Program-made: the position numbers and the translations under genes
The notes under the pieces: model-generated
Told to the model about the DNA's origin: nothing
Database searches by the model: none
Seen by the model: the letters and a program-made list of their open reading frames with translations, nothing else
In this document: one piece after another, positions 51,201 to 60,679 of the stretch
How positions within the stretch are numbered: position 1 is the first letter of the stretch
Layout of the letters: each line of letters opens with the position of its first letter
Virus record (IMG/VR): IMGVR_UViG_3300033153_000868
Location: 32,001-96,000 of that record
Reading direction: 5' to 3' (one strand)
Length of the DNA stretch: 64,000 bases
Source: a virus

Positions 51201-54200
51201 TACTGTTAAAATCATACTTATCATATATAGAAAGATATTTCTGATCTTTTGCTTTGTCATAACCTACCTCAACTTGAAAATTTTGTAATGGATCAATATT
51301 CATAAATTGTTCTGGTGTTACTTTACCATCAGAACCATCTTCAGTTTTACTCCAATAATCTTCTTTCATGTAACCCGCTAAGCCATCAACAGTTTCTTTA
51401 TATCCTATAGGGAGATCTTTAAAGTCTGATATCATACTTTCTCTATCAAGTATATCATCTGATATTTTATAATATTGCACTCCTTCCTCTTTTGAATTGG
51501 TTGGTGAATATTCTGTTTGCTTTTGTATATATTTTTCTTTAGGATTAAGACCAAGCGCACGTGCCCATGCTTCTTCAGAAAAATCATAATCACCATCAGA
51601 ATCAAACAAGGGTTTTGTTGGTTCTGTTATACCCAGTGCATTACCTATTGCACCAAATGCTTCTTTAGTAATGCTGCCAAAACCAGGATAACTTTCAGGT
51701 CTTACTTCTTGAAATATTTTAAATCTAGTTTCAAGATCAAGTTCTGGATTAAGTATGTCCTTAGTTTTTTTACCTAACCAATCATTAAAGCTATCTGCTT
51801 TTTCAGCAGCACCTTTTAAAACTGGTATTACTGCATCATCTAATGTATTACCTCCTCTTTGGTAGAGTTTATTAATTCTTTGCTGTGTATCTATTTGTTT
51901 GCTATTGGGTTTCCATTTTGATGGACCATAATAATCTATTATATCTTCATTGTCTACTCCGCTCATAGCAAGCTTAGCCTTTTCTTCAGAATCATATATT
52001 CCTATAGTTCCACCGGTACTTATATCACGCACTATAATCCTTCCGTCACCTGTTTTTATAGATACTAATTGACTTTTAGATTTTTTTACAGGTTCTGAAA
52101 GTGGAGGCTTATCATTCATGTCAAAATCAGACATCAGCTTTTGTAAAGGTTTTAACTCTGGCTTTTCTATAAATTGATGTCCAAGTTCATACCATGCACT
52201 TTTAATAGTGTCATTATTTTTAATAGATGTAAAACTATCAATTTTGTTATTTTCAGCATAATCTGGATAATATTTGTTTATCCATTGTCTAAATACACTT
52301 TCATCTACATCAGATGGTAAGTCTGATAAATTATATTTAATATCATGCGGTAATTTTAAAACAGGCATCTCAGGATATTGATCTGATAAATCAGCTGCTG
52401 GATCAAAGTATGGTATATGTTTTAAGTTACTTTTGTTGCTGACTCCAGGATTTGCACCTACTTTAGCTTTACCATACTTTCCTAATGTTTGTATTGCATT
52501 TTGCCAATCCGGATTATTCTCCTGCCAATTTTCTCTTTCTTTAACTGTATTAAAAGTTGTGTCTTTATATTGATTATACCAAACATCTTTATAAAGTTCT
52601 TTTGCTTTTTCTATATCTGCTATGCTTTGATTTCTTTTATTCAATTCTATCTGATAAGCCTTACGTGCTGCATCATTTTCTAATTGTTTTTCTCTTACTC
52701 TTGGGTCAAATATTGATTCATATACATCATCCTCATTATATCTAATGTTTACATTTTCATCCGGTGTATAAAATCTATTTAGCACTTCAAGACCAGATTG
52801 AGCATACCGTAATTTATCTTTGCTGTCATCTGCAGATGAAATCTCATTTAATTGATTAAAAATCTCATCATTACTATATACATCCTGTAATTGCATTAAT
52901 GGATTGTAACCATCTGACTCTCCTCTGTTTAACTCTGAAGTTCTATCAATTATTTGTTGAAATTTTTCTCTAGTTAATGGCTCAGTCATAGGATCATATA
53001 TTCCTAGATCTTTTGCTGCTGACCTAATTGTATTTAATCTAGTTCTAGCTTCAGTAGGATCAGAAACATAATCTCCCCAGGGGCTTCTCTCTATTTCTAT
53101 CTGTCCTTCTTTTACAGACCCATCTCTATTAAAAGCTACTATGGGATTACCATCTGCATCATAGGTTCCATAGCTTGCTATATCAATATTATTTATTATA
53201 GGATTTCCATCATCATCATACCCCTCTATATTAACCCTTTCGTCTTCAAATCTTTTAATAGTTTTTTGAGGTATAAGTCTATCTGAATTAAGGTTTTTAT
53301 ATATCTGTATAGCCCTATCTTCAAGATCGTTTGTTTCTTGGCCAGTAATATAATTATATGCTTGATTTGCCAAAGCAACATAGTTTGGTAAAACTACACT
53401 GCTTGGTCTAGTACTTAGTGAAGCATTTGCTAAAGCAATTTTATCTCCAATGCTTAAGTTATCTTTATATCTTTTTAATGTATCTTTTCCAACTCTATCT
53501 CCACTATGGCCTACTTCATGTTCAAAAGTGTTTTCATAAACATGCCCTTCATGATCAGTATGTGATGGTTTAAAAAATTCAAGTTCACCATTCTTACTCC
53601 AAGATGTTGCACCTACACCTTCATCTTCGTGTGTATTAGGATTTACTATTATAGGTACGTTTTGTAAATTACCTATTCTACTATTAGTTATAAATTCAGC
53701 ATCATCATTTGGACCAACTTCATTTGCTAATATTTTTTTATACATGGGTGAATCTAACCATTGTCTTTGAAATGAATTATCAACACTTTCTTGATTAGGT
53801 ACAACTCCTTTAATATCATTTACTTCACCCCTTAACTGAAATTTAGGTTTCCAAGAACCTTCTCCAAACTTTATAGCAGCTTCTTTATCTGCTCCAAAGT
53901 CTATAAGCTCACCTCTTCTTTTAGCTTCTTCATATGCTTCTTTCCAAGGTTTATTAGACATATCAACCCAAGTACCATCCGGATCTTGGAATAATGTTGG
54001 AAATGAAAACCAGTTCTTTCCATCTAAAGTTTCAGTAGCCATAAGGTGTGTTGACTCACTACCATCAGGATTTTTTCTAGCACCTTGTCTTTTAGGTACT
54101 TCAATACCATTTTGAGCCATAGGCGTTTCCATTACCATATCACCTGGAAATTGATATTCATTTTCAGGCATCATCATTTGTGAATTACCAAGGTTATCTA

Positions 54201-54378
54201 CACCCATAATAGGAAAGTCTACATCTTTCATGCTTATGTTTCCTGACGGAATGAAATTAACCGGATTGGTTTTATCTGGGCTATCATTTCTATACCCATC
54301 TACAGATATATATTGTGTTATATCTATTAAGAACTCATTTGGTCCTCCTGGTAATCCTATGCTCTTTCTTTTTCCCAT
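48292..54378 (-). CDS. Multidomain virion protein: zincin peptidase, lytic transglycosylase, 2x LysM, L,D-transpeptidase (YkuD) and a second lysozyme-like domain
   Basis: 2028 aa; HEVGH; VESNLNP..S.AGYMGLGQI..LAAYNWG..ETQDY; YTVKSGDNL/YDVKSGDTL LysM; IHG..SNGCVN; GNESNFG..SVGLTQL. Confidence 0.82.
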   Translation of the reverse strand: MGKRKSIGLPGGPNEFLIDITQYISVDGYRNDSPDKTNPVNFIPSGNISMKDVDFPIMGVDNLGNSQMMMPENEYQFPGDMVMETPMAQNGIEVPKRQGARKNPDGSESTHLMATETLDGKNWFSFPTLFQDPDGTWVDMSNKPWKEAYEEAKRRGELIDFGADKEAAIKFGEGSWKPKFQLRGEVNDIKGVVPNQESVDNSFQRQWLDSPMYKKILANEVGPNDDAEFITNSRIGNLQNVPIIVNPNTHEDEGVGATSWSKNGELEFFKPSHTDHEGHVYENTFEHEVGHSGDRVGKDTLKRYKDNLSIGDKIALANASLSTRPSSVVLPNYVALANQAYNYITGQETNDLEDRAIQIYKNLNSDRLIPQKTIKRFEDERVNIEGYDDDGNPIINNIDIASYGTYDADGNPIVAFNRDGSVKEGQIEIERSPWGDYVSDPTEARTRLNTIRSAAKDLGIYDPMTEPLTREKFQQIIDRTSELNRGESDGYNPLMQLQDVYSNDEIFNQLNEISSADDSKDKLRYAQSGLEVLNRFYTPDENVNIRYNEDDVYESIFDPRVREKQLENDAARKAYQIELNKRNQSIADIEKAKELYKDVWYNQYKDTTFNTVKERENWQENNPDWQNAIQTLGKYGKAKVGANPGVSNKSNLKHIPYFDPAADLSDQYPEMPVLKLPHDIKYNLSDLPSDVDESVFRQWINKYYPDYAENNKIDSFTSIKNNDTIKSAWYELGHQFIEKPELKPLQKLMSDFDMNDKPPLSEPVKKSKSQLVSIKTGDGRIIVRDISTGGTIGIYDSEEKAKLAMSGVDNEDIIDYYGPSKWKPNSKQIDTQQRINKLYQRGGNTLDDAVIPVLKGAAEKADSFNDWLGKKTKDILNPELDLETRFKIFQEVRPESYPGFGSITKEAFGAIGNALGITEPTKPLFDSDGDYDFSEEAWARALGLNPKEKYIQKQTEYSPTNSKEEGVQYYKISDDILDRESMISDFKDLPIGYKETVDGLAGYMKEDYWSKTEDGSDGKVTPEQFMNIDPLQNFQVEVGYDKAKDQKYLSIYDKYDFNSIANAAIKPYEFYDRIYIPKDSDKKVENKNSINPNLLYKQAFVESNLNPKAKSSAGYMGLGQIGDSLIADYKKAKNVKEIDPYDPEQNHDVQEWSMNELYNSSFINKENQDQDVRLIKTLAAYNWGRGNTRDLLNELKEEGLDIYNDVQWVSRLPKETQDYIDMILFDKNTEGRPNVQENFLKTTTDEAYDYYKQLYKYQDDLPEKQFAGPVRENEQEGYDYSQLWMPSNYVEELPELNSSFVGPLREPEKQNEKPKEELNIYTVKSGDNLTRIADKYGTTVDEIAELNDIANPSKISINQEIKLPKSKTKYAFYDVKSGDTLGRIATKYGTTVRKLAQENDISNINEIFVNQELRIPQDSYEPVDEIEETWQDVELLDQDRRNINDSSDEDIIKKSQMVNDPNGHYVIVNKKTKRLEVWRGGKPVLDFEVLTGANEGDALTVTKMWDLNNDGQITDEDKRNGKWIPNWSAGNKNTGAGKYYIKESYADSPDKYGGKGVPSFNLYTDGTDIDVATAIHGPTKGRKGLFDDGNIDNNRASNGCVNGQCSDLQALYDLGMPAGTAVYILPEDEGNNFQWVDGQAVLKMSKDNREKYASNYIDSKGSEQTQQGSNYTVNTLNYQPIRPVFDQQAFEEDVYNETGGLKSVGNFFTSDTSDKEEQENSTKPFINALVNNKKQIMQEAGIPSDVYNDIARIAFGIYGNESNFGDTHSKSGNLLRGANKYVADLNKKGQLPVVGSTNLLPTVTSSPDVFKKYEGFTLDTTNQLSNVSPLLAIAAQSSNINLPTYSKSAQEDYNSVGLTQLRWENIAKEDKNLPENKKQINILKKFGITSNKDLLDPEKAAIATVLRLAFLANNREGVDRNDLFNTLPKHWGGSSKDDGKTYTEGVKKNAKYLKFQQLGKYMPDYKIGGEKKKLQMYKDYMDGIYDGTNEEAKAKSIYDKLNRKHYKDAKELGNMSPPNYILTHLYKA

Positions 54379-57300
54379 TATCTTTGTGATAGTAAAAGTT
54401 TAGTATTATTAAGTCTAAGCAGCATTTTTCTGTTGCCTGATACATTCCTACGTAAAATAACATTATTAGAGTAGTGTCTAAACTTCTTACGTTCCGTTTG
54501 ACTTTTACCGTAATTAATGTTAGTTTGATTTAAAGGTCTAATATATCCATTACATGATGTGTCAAATATTGGTTGTTCTGCATTTGTAAACTCACCTCTA
54601 TCATTAGTCACATCCCAGAATTGATTAAATCTAAATTTATGTTCTACTTTAGAAACTAGTATTTGTATACCATTAAATCCAATAGAAGGAAAATCTAAAT
54701 TAGTCCAAGGGCTGTTAACCGGTTGTGGATTTAGTAATAGTAAACCTGATGTTTGATCATTATTATAAATAATAGAAGCATCAAAGTTAAAATCTAAATC
54801 TTCCCATTTATCTCCACCACACATGTTGTATTGTGGATCTCCTTTATATACATAAGTTTCTAATTGATATTCAAAACTTCTTATGGTATTAACCGCTTGT
54901 CCAGTATTAGATATCAAATCTATTTCCCATGGGTAGTCTTCACCATAATAATTTGCAAAAGAGTCACATCTTACATTGTGTCTCCAAAAACCACCCACTT
55001 TATAATTAGGCTGTAAAGAATCATAATAAAAATAGTTACACTGCTTAGGGTTTGATTGAACAAAATCTGGATTTCCAATCTGATAAAGTAAAGGTGGTGT
55101 ATCTGGACATTCACCTGTCTCAGTTAAAACAGAACCCGGTACAGTAGAAGGTGGACATTCACATGTAACTTTCCTACATATCGGTCTTTCATTTTCTAGA
55201 TCACTACATGTTCCACTAGCCTGATCATATACATTTCCATTTGATGCATCTGGATAAACTAATGTATATCCTGTTGGACATTCACAAACAAAATCACTAC
55301 CACATATACTTGATGTTATTTCTTGAGCAACAACATCCCAATTAGAAATAGGATAATTTGCATTTATATTAGATTGAATCCCATATATATAAGCACTAGT
55401 TGTTGATCCAGCTGTACCACTAGTTATAGTAATATTTTGACCATATTGACAAACTATATTGTTTAAAGCTGCACTTTGAGGTTGACCGGGTCCTCCTGGA
55501 TAAGGTGAATTAACTCCACAAAATACAGTATACATAAATTGAAAATTAGGAGCAGCATTACTTACTGTTTGAATTGTTGGAGATTGCAAATTACATTGAG
55601 GACCTGGGTTATTACCAGTATCTGTAACAGTAATAACAATTCTTCTATAGCTTGGATCATTTTGTCTTGCTGGATAATTTGCTGCTAAACTTGATGATCC
55701 CGTTTGTTGAGCTAAACTAATTGCCTGGTTCATACCTGCAGCTGTTGCAGTGTTACCACCATACCAATTATTTATGTACCAAGTTTGTACATTAGCAGAA
55801 CTAACATTATCTGACATTGAAACAGGGCTAATAAATGCTCCATTTCCAGTTGTCCAACTTCTTTGTTGATTATTACCAGACCAACTTGTAAAACCAATTT
55901 GCATAGAACCTCCGTTTAATGCATTTTGTATTTCTGGTTGATCAACAAAAGACATCACCCATTGTAACTGTGCAAAAGCTCTAGTCCCATTGTTTTGTGG
56001 GTTACCCGTACTACCAGAAGTATCCATTGCTACTACAATATCAATAAGACATGCTTGAGGACCTCCCGATATAATTGAGTCACGGTTATCTACAATAACT
56101 TCTGCAAGTTCTGTTGTATTAATTCCTATTTCACATAAACCTGTACTAGGATTAAAATTATAACCCGGAGGACATTGCGGAACAGTTGTCTCAACAGTCT
56201 TTGTAGTAAAGAAGTGATTTATACTTGGTAAAGCTAACTCAGGATGCCAATCATGAAAAGATATCCATGCTTTAGATTTTGGGTCATAACTAATAGTCCA
56301 TGAACAATCATCAAAATATATTGGATCACCAATATCAATACTTACTGGCACTCTTGCCTCACCTCTTATCTCTATTGGTCTAACTGGTCTATCAACAAAT
56401 GTTGCTTGACCAATATAATCAGGTTTTAATTGATAATCTTTTTTCATAAAGTAGACTACATCATCTACTGAATCATACATTACTTGACATCCTACTCCTG
56501 CTACAGGATTATCTGTCCATTGTGTATTTTCTGAACTTGGAAATTGTTTTATAAATCTAGAAGGTAAATATTTAGCAAACCACCATTTCATTCCGTTATT
56601 AGATATAGGATCTAAACCTTTACCTCCATACTGAAATATTTTACCTTGTTGTTGAGATATAAAGAATAATCCAAGTGGTGTATTAATAACACCTCTTAAA
56701 CTCTCACATGAACCATATTCATTTGATATGTCTGCATTAGCTACATTTTGAAACGGTTGACTAAATAAACCTCCATCACCTATAGTAAGCTTTGTATCTA
56801 ATTGAGTTTTCAGTGTATCAAGACCCTGAAACATTTGTGGAGATAAGTATGGGAAAAATACTAATGCACCACTTTTGTTTATAGGTTTAATTACACTTAC
56901 TTCATTTTTAAAATCTTTGTAATTGTTATTTAAAAATACTCTCCAATAATCTCTTTTTGATTCTTCTTGCGCTTGTAATGAATAAATTAATCTTTTTGGA
57001 TAACTAACAAAACAATTTGCTGCAACATAGGGATCATAATCTCTAGGTTGAATTTGACCAAAAGATGACATTTGAGTAGGGAATCTACTTGGACTTAATG
57101 ATTCATCATACTTGTAAAAATTATCATCTTTTTCTATTCTTGCATGAAAGAGCTCATTTAAATCATTATAATCATATACATTATAGATTCTTTTTTTAGG
57201 TTCATCTTCCCAATCTCTTTGATCTAAATTTACTTCTGATTCAACATAAAAATCTAAGATTCCATTTACATGAGAATAAATATATGCAAATGCCATAGAC

Positions 57301-60300
57301 AATGCAGGATTAGGATCACTACCATTATTAAATATACTACCCCAAGAGGTGTTTGTTGAATTACTTGTTCTATCTAAATAAAATAAATCATTTGGCATCA
57401 ATGCTGTAGCAGCATTTGAACTACCTAATCCAAGAGTAACAAACTTTTGTGCTAAAGGTGTTAAATCAAATCTTTGTGAGTTTAACCAGTATCTTGGATA
57501 TGGTATATTTACATATAATGAATAATCAAAAGTATAACCATCAGGTTGACCTAATAAAAATCTTGTAAAAATAGGCATTATGGTTTTTTCAGTATATCTA
57601 CCTATAAATGTGTCTCCACTAAAAATTGGATCACTAGTATACATATATTGATTTGGTAATGTTGAATCTAACAATTGAATGCAAGATCTCATTGGTATTT
57701 GTTTTATACCATCTAGTTGACCATACTGATTATCAAAATTAAATTTAAGAGCACCATAGTATGCAGATATATTACTTTTTCTTGCTTGTTTATATTTTTG
57801 AAAATATGAGTTACTATGTGGTGCAGGGTTTGAGTTTTGATATACTCCAGCTGAGCTTAATGATACATCTAATGATCCACCTATAGTATATCTTGATTTA
57901 TCTTTTACATCAGGATCAGTAAGACTTTTTTCTAAACTTACAGCTACTGTAGAAGGTCTAAATAAATTATTAATTTTATAGTTACCATTATCAAATGTCT
58001 GAAATGATTGTCCAATATAGTTAGAGTCTGAATTTTTAATTCTCCATAAACCATTTGTTTGCTTATTAAAATTACTAAAGAACCCAAATGAATTGTGTTT
58101 TAAGACAAAACTATTTGATGACTGCATGTTATATATTAGCTCTAAAAACTCATTACCTCCAGCTGCTATATTAGCTTTAGAAGTTTGAGCTGACATCCAT
58201 ATTTTTAAAAATATAGGTATTGATGAAAAGTTGTTATCTGATGTCCATGCTATTTCTTCACTACCACCACGCATACCTGGCAAATTACCTATAGCTTGTG
58301 ATAAACCCATCTGAATTTTTTCAGTAGCATAATTAGCAGCACCACCCACCCATAAGTCTGCTACACCAGTAGCTGAATCTAATAAAGCTTCAAGAAGTAC
58401 TGATATAACTGATTGACCAGTATTAGCAGCAACATTTGCTAAAGAATATGCTGCTTGTGCAAAACCTGGTTGATTACCAATACCAGCTAATCCTCCAAAG
58501 GATCCTGACTGTGATGTCATATTACCAGCAGCACCAACCCTTCTAACATTTTTAGTACCCCTTACTTGTCTTATTGCATAACCTAATCCTATAACTCCAG
58601 ATATTATAGCTGCACCATTTCTTAATAATTTAAATTGAGGATGATCCTCGGATGGTTGAAATGTTCCACTTGCACTACCTGATAACTGACCGTATATTTT
58701 AGTTTCATATGCATTCAAAAAAGGTTTAGTAAACATAAGCTCTGGTGAAGAAAAAGTAAAAACTTTTCTTGAATATCCACTTGGCTCACCATTAATATCT
58801 GGTTCATCTCCTAATGCTTTATAATCATCTAATGATTCACCAAATGAATGAACACCGTCAGTTCTATTTAGTATATTATTTCCGCCTTTATGGAAATATA
58901 CATCTGGTCTTAAATCATTATATGGATAATTAGGATATAAACCTTGTACATCTCCACCAATTAAATTTTCTGCATTTGGTACAGTATACTTACGCATGTT
59001 TCTAAATAAACCTTTTCCTAAAATAGATTTTGCACCTAATCTAGATCCACGTAGTATTTCATAACCAACTACATTTTCTATGTAAGATCCATCATTATAT
59101 TTAGGTCTCCCAATATTGCTAAACTCAACCCCTAGTATATTTATTTCGTCTCCATTTGAGCTTGTTAAATGCAATGGAGAAGTATTACCTCCTATTGATT
59201 CATCAGGCATTTTATGATGCCTTATTGGTTTACCACATAAGTCACCCCATATATCTGGTCTATTTGATGGATAAAGTTCTGTTGATTCCCAATACCCCAT
59301 TTCACCTCTACCAGTAATTTTAGTTTCATCAGGTAAAGCGGTTATTGCAGTAGAAGTAATTGAAGCTGTATTGTATACTTTAAAAAGAGGATCTCCAGTT
59401 GGGTTTAGTACATTATTACCATTTATAATTTCGTTCTCCATTGTCCCATTATACATTTCAGGTGCTCTACCTGGTATATGATATGATGAAGATCTTTCTC
59501 CTGTGTTATATATCCATCTTATAAAGAATGCATATTGTTCATCACGCAATAACCCTGTTCTATTACCGCCTTTAGAATAATATGTAGATGGTACAGAATT
59601 AATTACCCAATTTGTTTTTATTTCATTTGCAATAGGTTGATAATTAAAATCAAATTGTTCTGTTGGTCCTTGTCTTATTAACCAATCATTAACCACAAAC
59701 ATAGATTCAGACTTTTCATAAGCTGGACTTCTAAGAGGTATCAATTTTAAATCTATAGCTGATAATGACTCGTCTATAAAGTCAATGTTTATTGTGCTTA
59801 CTTGAGTACTATATAAACCAATTCTTTTTGCTGAGGTTTGCCCTTGATTTCTTCTTAATATAACTAACTCAAAATAATCATAGTCTAAATCTAAATTAGA
59901 AAAATTTATGTCCAATGATCCTCCAGTTCCTTCATGATTCCATAGTGTCTGAATATTAGATATACCTATATAATCAGTTACTCTTTGTTCATTTTCTGTA
60001 TAGCCTACAAAAACTTGATAAGCACCATTAGCCAACATTCCGCCATCAATAGACTTTTCTAAAGTAATGCAGGGTGTATCTAAAAGAGGTGCTAACCTTA
60101 TTTGCTCACAGTCTAATGATTTTGGTTCAATAATTTCATATTCTACACAGTCAGAACCATCTATATCTGGACCAGATATTTGAATTTTTTTCCAAGGTAT
60201 ATCATCTATATTTAGAGCTCTTGATGGATTGTTTGCATCATCCCAATATACTTCCCATGTACAATCAAAATTTTCTTTTGCTGCACCAACAATTAAATGC

Positions 60301-60665
60301 TTTTTACTAAAGTTTAAACAAGGATCATTAACTAATGTAGTATACTTACATTCGCTGTCATCAAATCTACCTATTTCAGAACTAACGTTATCTGTAGAAA
60401 ATACAACCCATTCATCACCATATCTATGTATAGCACCTATAACAGTATAAGGTATGACACCACATGATAAATTTGAAGGCTCATTACCAATCATTCCTAG
60501 ATCACCATCTTCAGAATTATTAGCTGCATTTCTTGCATGCCACCATGCTTGTTGTCCTTCAAATGAAGGAGCAACATCTTTGTTCATCCCTTTAGTAAAC
60601 GTATTTATATTTACTGATGATGAACCAGAACTTTGTGGTTGAGATGGATTTTTCTTTTTAGCCAT
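54378..60665 (-). CDS. Tail stabilisation/muzzle protein (crAss-type, P22 gp10-like) with inserted VWA domain
   Basis: 2095 aa; N-terminal NTFTKGMNKD; WISFHDW...WRHN C-terminal block; DIVVAMDTSGS MIDAS motif inside a Cys-flanked insertion. Confidence 0.72.
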   Translation of the reverse strand: MAKKKNPSQPQSSGSSSVNINTFTKGMNKDVAPSFEGQQAWWHARNAANNSEDGDLGMIGNEPSNLSCGVIPYTVIGAIHRYGDEWVVFSTDNVSSEIGRFDDSECKYTTLVNDPCLNFSKKHLIVGAAKENFDCTWEVYWDDANNPSRALNIDDIPWKKIQISGPDIDGSDCVEYEIIEPKSLDCEQIRLAPLLDTPCITLEKSIDGGMLANGAYQVFVGYTENEQRVTDYIGISNIQTLWNHEGTGGSLDINFSNLDLDYDYFELVILRRNQGQTSAKRIGLYSTQVSTINIDFIDESLSAIDLKLIPLRSPAYEKSESMFVVNDWLIRQGPTEQFDFNYQPIANEIKTNWVINSVPSTYYSKGGNRTGLLRDEQYAFFIRWIYNTGERSSSYHIPGRAPEMYNGTMENEIINGNNVLNPTGDPLFKVYNTASITSTAITALPDETKITGRGEMGYWESTELYPSNRPDIWGDLCGKPIRHHKMPDESIGGNTSPLHLTSSNGDEINILGVEFSNIGRPKYNDGSYIENVVGYEILRGSRLGAKSILGKGLFRNMRKYTVPNAENLIGGDVQGLYPNYPYNDLRPDVYFHKGGNNILNRTDGVHSFGESLDDYKALGDEPDINGEPSGYSRKVFTFSSPELMFTKPFLNAYETKIYGQLSGSASGTFQPSEDHPQFKLLRNGAAIISGVIGLGYAIRQVRGTKNVRRVGAAGNMTSQSGSFGGLAGIGNQPGFAQAAYSLANVAANTGQSVISVLLEALLDSATGVADLWVGGAANYATEKIQMGLSQAIGNLPGMRGGSEEIAWTSDNNFSSIPIFLKIWMSAQTSKANIAAGGNEFLELIYNMQSSNSFVLKHNSFGFFSNFNKQTNGLWRIKNSDSNYIGQSFQTFDNGNYKINNLFRPSTVAVSLEKSLTDPDVKDKSRYTIGGSLDVSLSSAGVYQNSNPAPHSNSYFQKYKQARKSNISAYYGALKFNFDNQYGQLDGIKQIPMRSCIQLLDSTLPNQYMYTSDPIFSGDTFIGRYTEKTIMPIFTRFLLGQPDGYTFDYSLYVNIPYPRYWLNSQRFDLTPLAQKFVTLGLGSSNAATALMPNDLFYLDRTSNSTNTSWGSIFNNGSDPNPALSMAFAYIYSHVNGILDFYVESEVNLDQRDWEDEPKKRIYNVYDYNDLNELFHARIEKDDNFYKYDESLSPSRFPTQMSSFGQIQPRDYDPYVAANCFVSYPKRLIYSLQAQEESKRDYWRVFLNNNYKDFKNEVSVIKPINKSGALVFFPYLSPQMFQGLDTLKTQLDTKLTIGDGGLFSQPFQNVANADISNEYGSCESLRGVINTPLGLFFISQQQGKIFQYGGKGLDPISNNGMKWWFAKYLPSRFIKQFPSSENTQWTDNPVAGVGCQVMYDSVDDVVYFMKKDYQLKPDYIGQATFVDRPVRPIEIRGEARVPVSIDIGDPIYFDDCSWTISYDPKSKAWISFHDWHPELALPSINHFFTTKTVETTVPQCPPGYNFNPSTGLCEIGINTTELAEVIVDNRDSIISGGPQACLIDIVVAMDTSGSTGNPQNNGTRAFAQLQWVMSFVDQPEIQNALNGGSMQIGFTSWSGNNQQRSWTTGNGAFISPVSMSDNVSSANVQTWYINNWYGGNTATAAGMNQAISLAQQTGSSSLAANYPARQNDPSYRRIVITVTDTGNNPGPQCNLQSPTIQTVSNAAPNFQFMYTVFCGVNSPYPGGPGQPQSAALNNIVCQYGQNITITSGTAGSTTSAYIYGIQSNINANYPISNWDVVAQEITSSICGSDFVCECPTGYTLVYPDASNGNVYDQASGTCSDLENERPICRKVTCECPPSTVPGSVLTETGECPDTPPLLYQIGNPDFVQSNPKQCNYFYYDSLQPNYKVGGFWRHNVRCDSFANYYGEDYPWEIDLISNTGQAVNTIRSFEYQLETYVYKGDPQYNMCGGDKWEDLDFNFDASIIYNNDQTSGLLLLNPQPVNSPWTNLDFPSIGFNGIQILVSKVEHKFRFNQFWDVTNDRGEFTNAEQPIFDTSCNGYIRPLNQTNINYGKSQTERKKFRHYSNNVILRRNVSGNRKMLLRLNNTKLLLSQR

Positions 60666-60679
60666 AATATATTATCTAT

